DNA of 61,635 nt, the filler included, from Dirinaria sp. TL-2023a (Eukaryota), in the NCBI GenBank assembly GCA_051941275.1. It is 19 parts of 19 records of this genome, joined end to end, with 100 filler letters (N's around TTAATTAATTAA, not from the genome) between each part and the next. Parts side by side here need not be neighbours in the genome. Positions count along the whole stretch, not along the records: positions 58,520 to 61,635 come from JAVEBF010002116.1; 18 more parts are not named here. One strand, given 5' to 3'. The translations under genes and the position numbers were made by a program. Below, one piece after another: positions 60,027 through 61,635 of the stretch; position 1 is the first letter of the stretch, and each line of letters starts with the position of its first letter. The notes beneath the pieces are model-generated. The model saw only the letters and a list, made by a program, of their open reading frames with translations. It was not told the origin of the DNA and searched no databases.

Positions 60027-61584
60027 TCATGCACCACTTTCTCTCCCTGTTCCATCTAATTTAGCTATTTTGCGCGTGTGACGCTTGACGACTAAGACCA
60101 AGAATGGAGTTGATGCTGCCGAAATCAGGGCTAAAGTTGTATATGCCCAGCCTCGACCTATTGCTTGGATCATGGGTTGGATAGCGGCGGAGGCAGCAGC
60201 GCCAACTTCGCATCTGAACAAATTATTTGCAGCCGTTGCAGCCGCAGAGCGCCCCGGCCAAATGTCAACCATCAGGGTGCTCAGAACTTGCATCGACGCA
60301 CTGAGCAGAAAGCTTGTTGCAAACAGAAGGATTATAGGTCCAGCAAGGTTGACATGTAGTTCCAGCAGCCATCCGTAGATTATCACAAGCAAAGCCATGG
60401 CGAGATACAGGGGAAAGCCGATTTCAAGGCGGGCTTTCGCAATAGGAAAGTTGGTAAGGTCTTGTGCTTCGTTTGCGATGATCGGTAATTGTAGACGTTG
60501 GCAGTAGCGCTTGAAATTCCAGTCAATGATTTTTCCCGTCACCAGAGCCGAAGAAACGCCTCCCACACCAATTGGAATGAACATCAAGGAAATTTGGATG
60601 TCATTGAAACCGTATATTGCGTTGTAAGAAGCCGCAGCGTCTGTAGTGATGGCATAAAAACATGCGCGAGCGAAGGAGTTTGCAAGAAGAATGAGGAATG
60701 ACTCCAGGTTAACTGCAATCCGAAGTGTTGGCAATGGATTCGGCATGCGAAATCTAGGACCTTCGCGAATTCCTTGTGCCTGTCTTTGATTCGCGGTAAG
60801 ATTCTTCTTCTGTCGAAGCCTATTTCCAATAAGATCGAGCAGAGACCTGTTTAGAATTGGAGGTGGAATCGATCCGTTACCGACGATTGCTCTGCAAGTC
60901 TCCGGTAAGAAAAGTAAGAAGGGCACGAAGAAGCAACCACTAAGTATAAGCAAGGTCCAGAATATCCAGTGCCAGTTCAGGTTCTGCGCAATTAGCCCAC
61001 CGATGATGGGTGAGATTGATGGCCCCAAAAGGTCGCCCAGAGTTGCCCAGGACATGTAGGTTCCTCGATCTGCCGGACCTGCAGTGTCTCCAACGAGAGC
61101 GACTGAAAGAGCGATGGTCCCACTACTACCTGCGCTTTGAAGCAGTCGAAGCCCCAGCAATGCGGCGAAAGAATCTTGCAGGGCAAGTCCAAGATTAGCA
61201 GCGGTGTAGAGTATGAAGCACATGAAGTAGGCTGGGCGCCTGCCGATTTCGTCGGAAGCGCTGGCAACTATCATTGGCGCAATACCCTGCATGATCTTAA
61301 ATAGCAATTAGCAAAGCTTCTTAGGCTGACTGCCACTGACAGTAGCATAGCAGCAGCTCAAAGAAGGCGATGTCTACCTGGTAGGTCGTGACCGTGAGAT
61401 TGATCTGAGAAATAGAGACACGCAAATCTTTGGCGATAGTATTGAGAGCAGGGAAGTACACATTTGAAGAAAGCGGTGAAAAGAAGCCTGCAAAAGAACC
61501 GGCTATGAGTATCATCTTCTTTTGTCTAGTAGTGAAAATCGAATATTCCCCCTCGCTTCTTATAAACTGTGTAGCAGGAACCAT
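60027..61584 (-). CDS. MFS drug:H+ antiporter (DHA1, Qdr/Aqr1-like)
   Basis: YSIFTTRQKK..FFSPLSSNVYFPAL..INLTVTTYQ / intron 61296-61377 / IMQGIAP..DEIGRRP, RLLQSAGSSG, LPETCR and AANNLFRC. Confidence 0.95.
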
Positions 61585-61635
61585 CTTGGTGTCGCGGAAG
61601 TCAAGATCACTATGCGACTCGTGAGAAATCTGTTC

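Noticed and set aside
1..61635. A gene cluster spanning several contigs (for example epoxide hydrolase, GST, amidase and transporters as one detoxification island)
   Set aside because: The contigs are unlinked and ordered by size. Only within-contig adjacency is informative.

Overview
This window is not one locus. It is 19 unlinked contigs of about 3.1-3.2 kb, in descending length order (3193 down to 3116 bp). They are joined by an artificial 100-bp spacer (N44-TTAATTAATTAA-N44), so adjacency across a spacer means nothing and ORFs ending in XXX/LIN are artefacts. The DNA is from a filamentous ascomycete (short GT-AG introns with CTRAC/CTRAT branch sites, Pezizomycotina-type genes). A lichen-forming lineage is my impression, not proven. 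Recognisable genes: PTH11-like membrane protein, BLI-3, epoxide hydrolase, 2H phosphoesterase, TALE homeobox factor, DUF1766/MUG113 protein, TBC-domain protein, SEC66 (5' end), NPL4, MCH1-like MFS, DUF1996 protein, RRP14, GST, TMA16, amidase, DHA1 MFS transporter and a small secreted 4-Cys protein. The strongest signal is a RIP-like hypermutation with a non-canonical CpC->TpC target: about 3.1 kb of a Tad1-like LINE has, by eye, no CC and one GG while CpA and CpG are retained, and the same signature appears on three other contigs. Other notable items are a decayed ferric-reductase-like gene of the type carried by Starship elements, an apparent I78 protease-inhibitor gene with an F-box-like segment inserted, and an orphan protein with a gap-free 112-aa helical tandem repeat. 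All calls come from manual reading and recalled family motifs; no database search was run.
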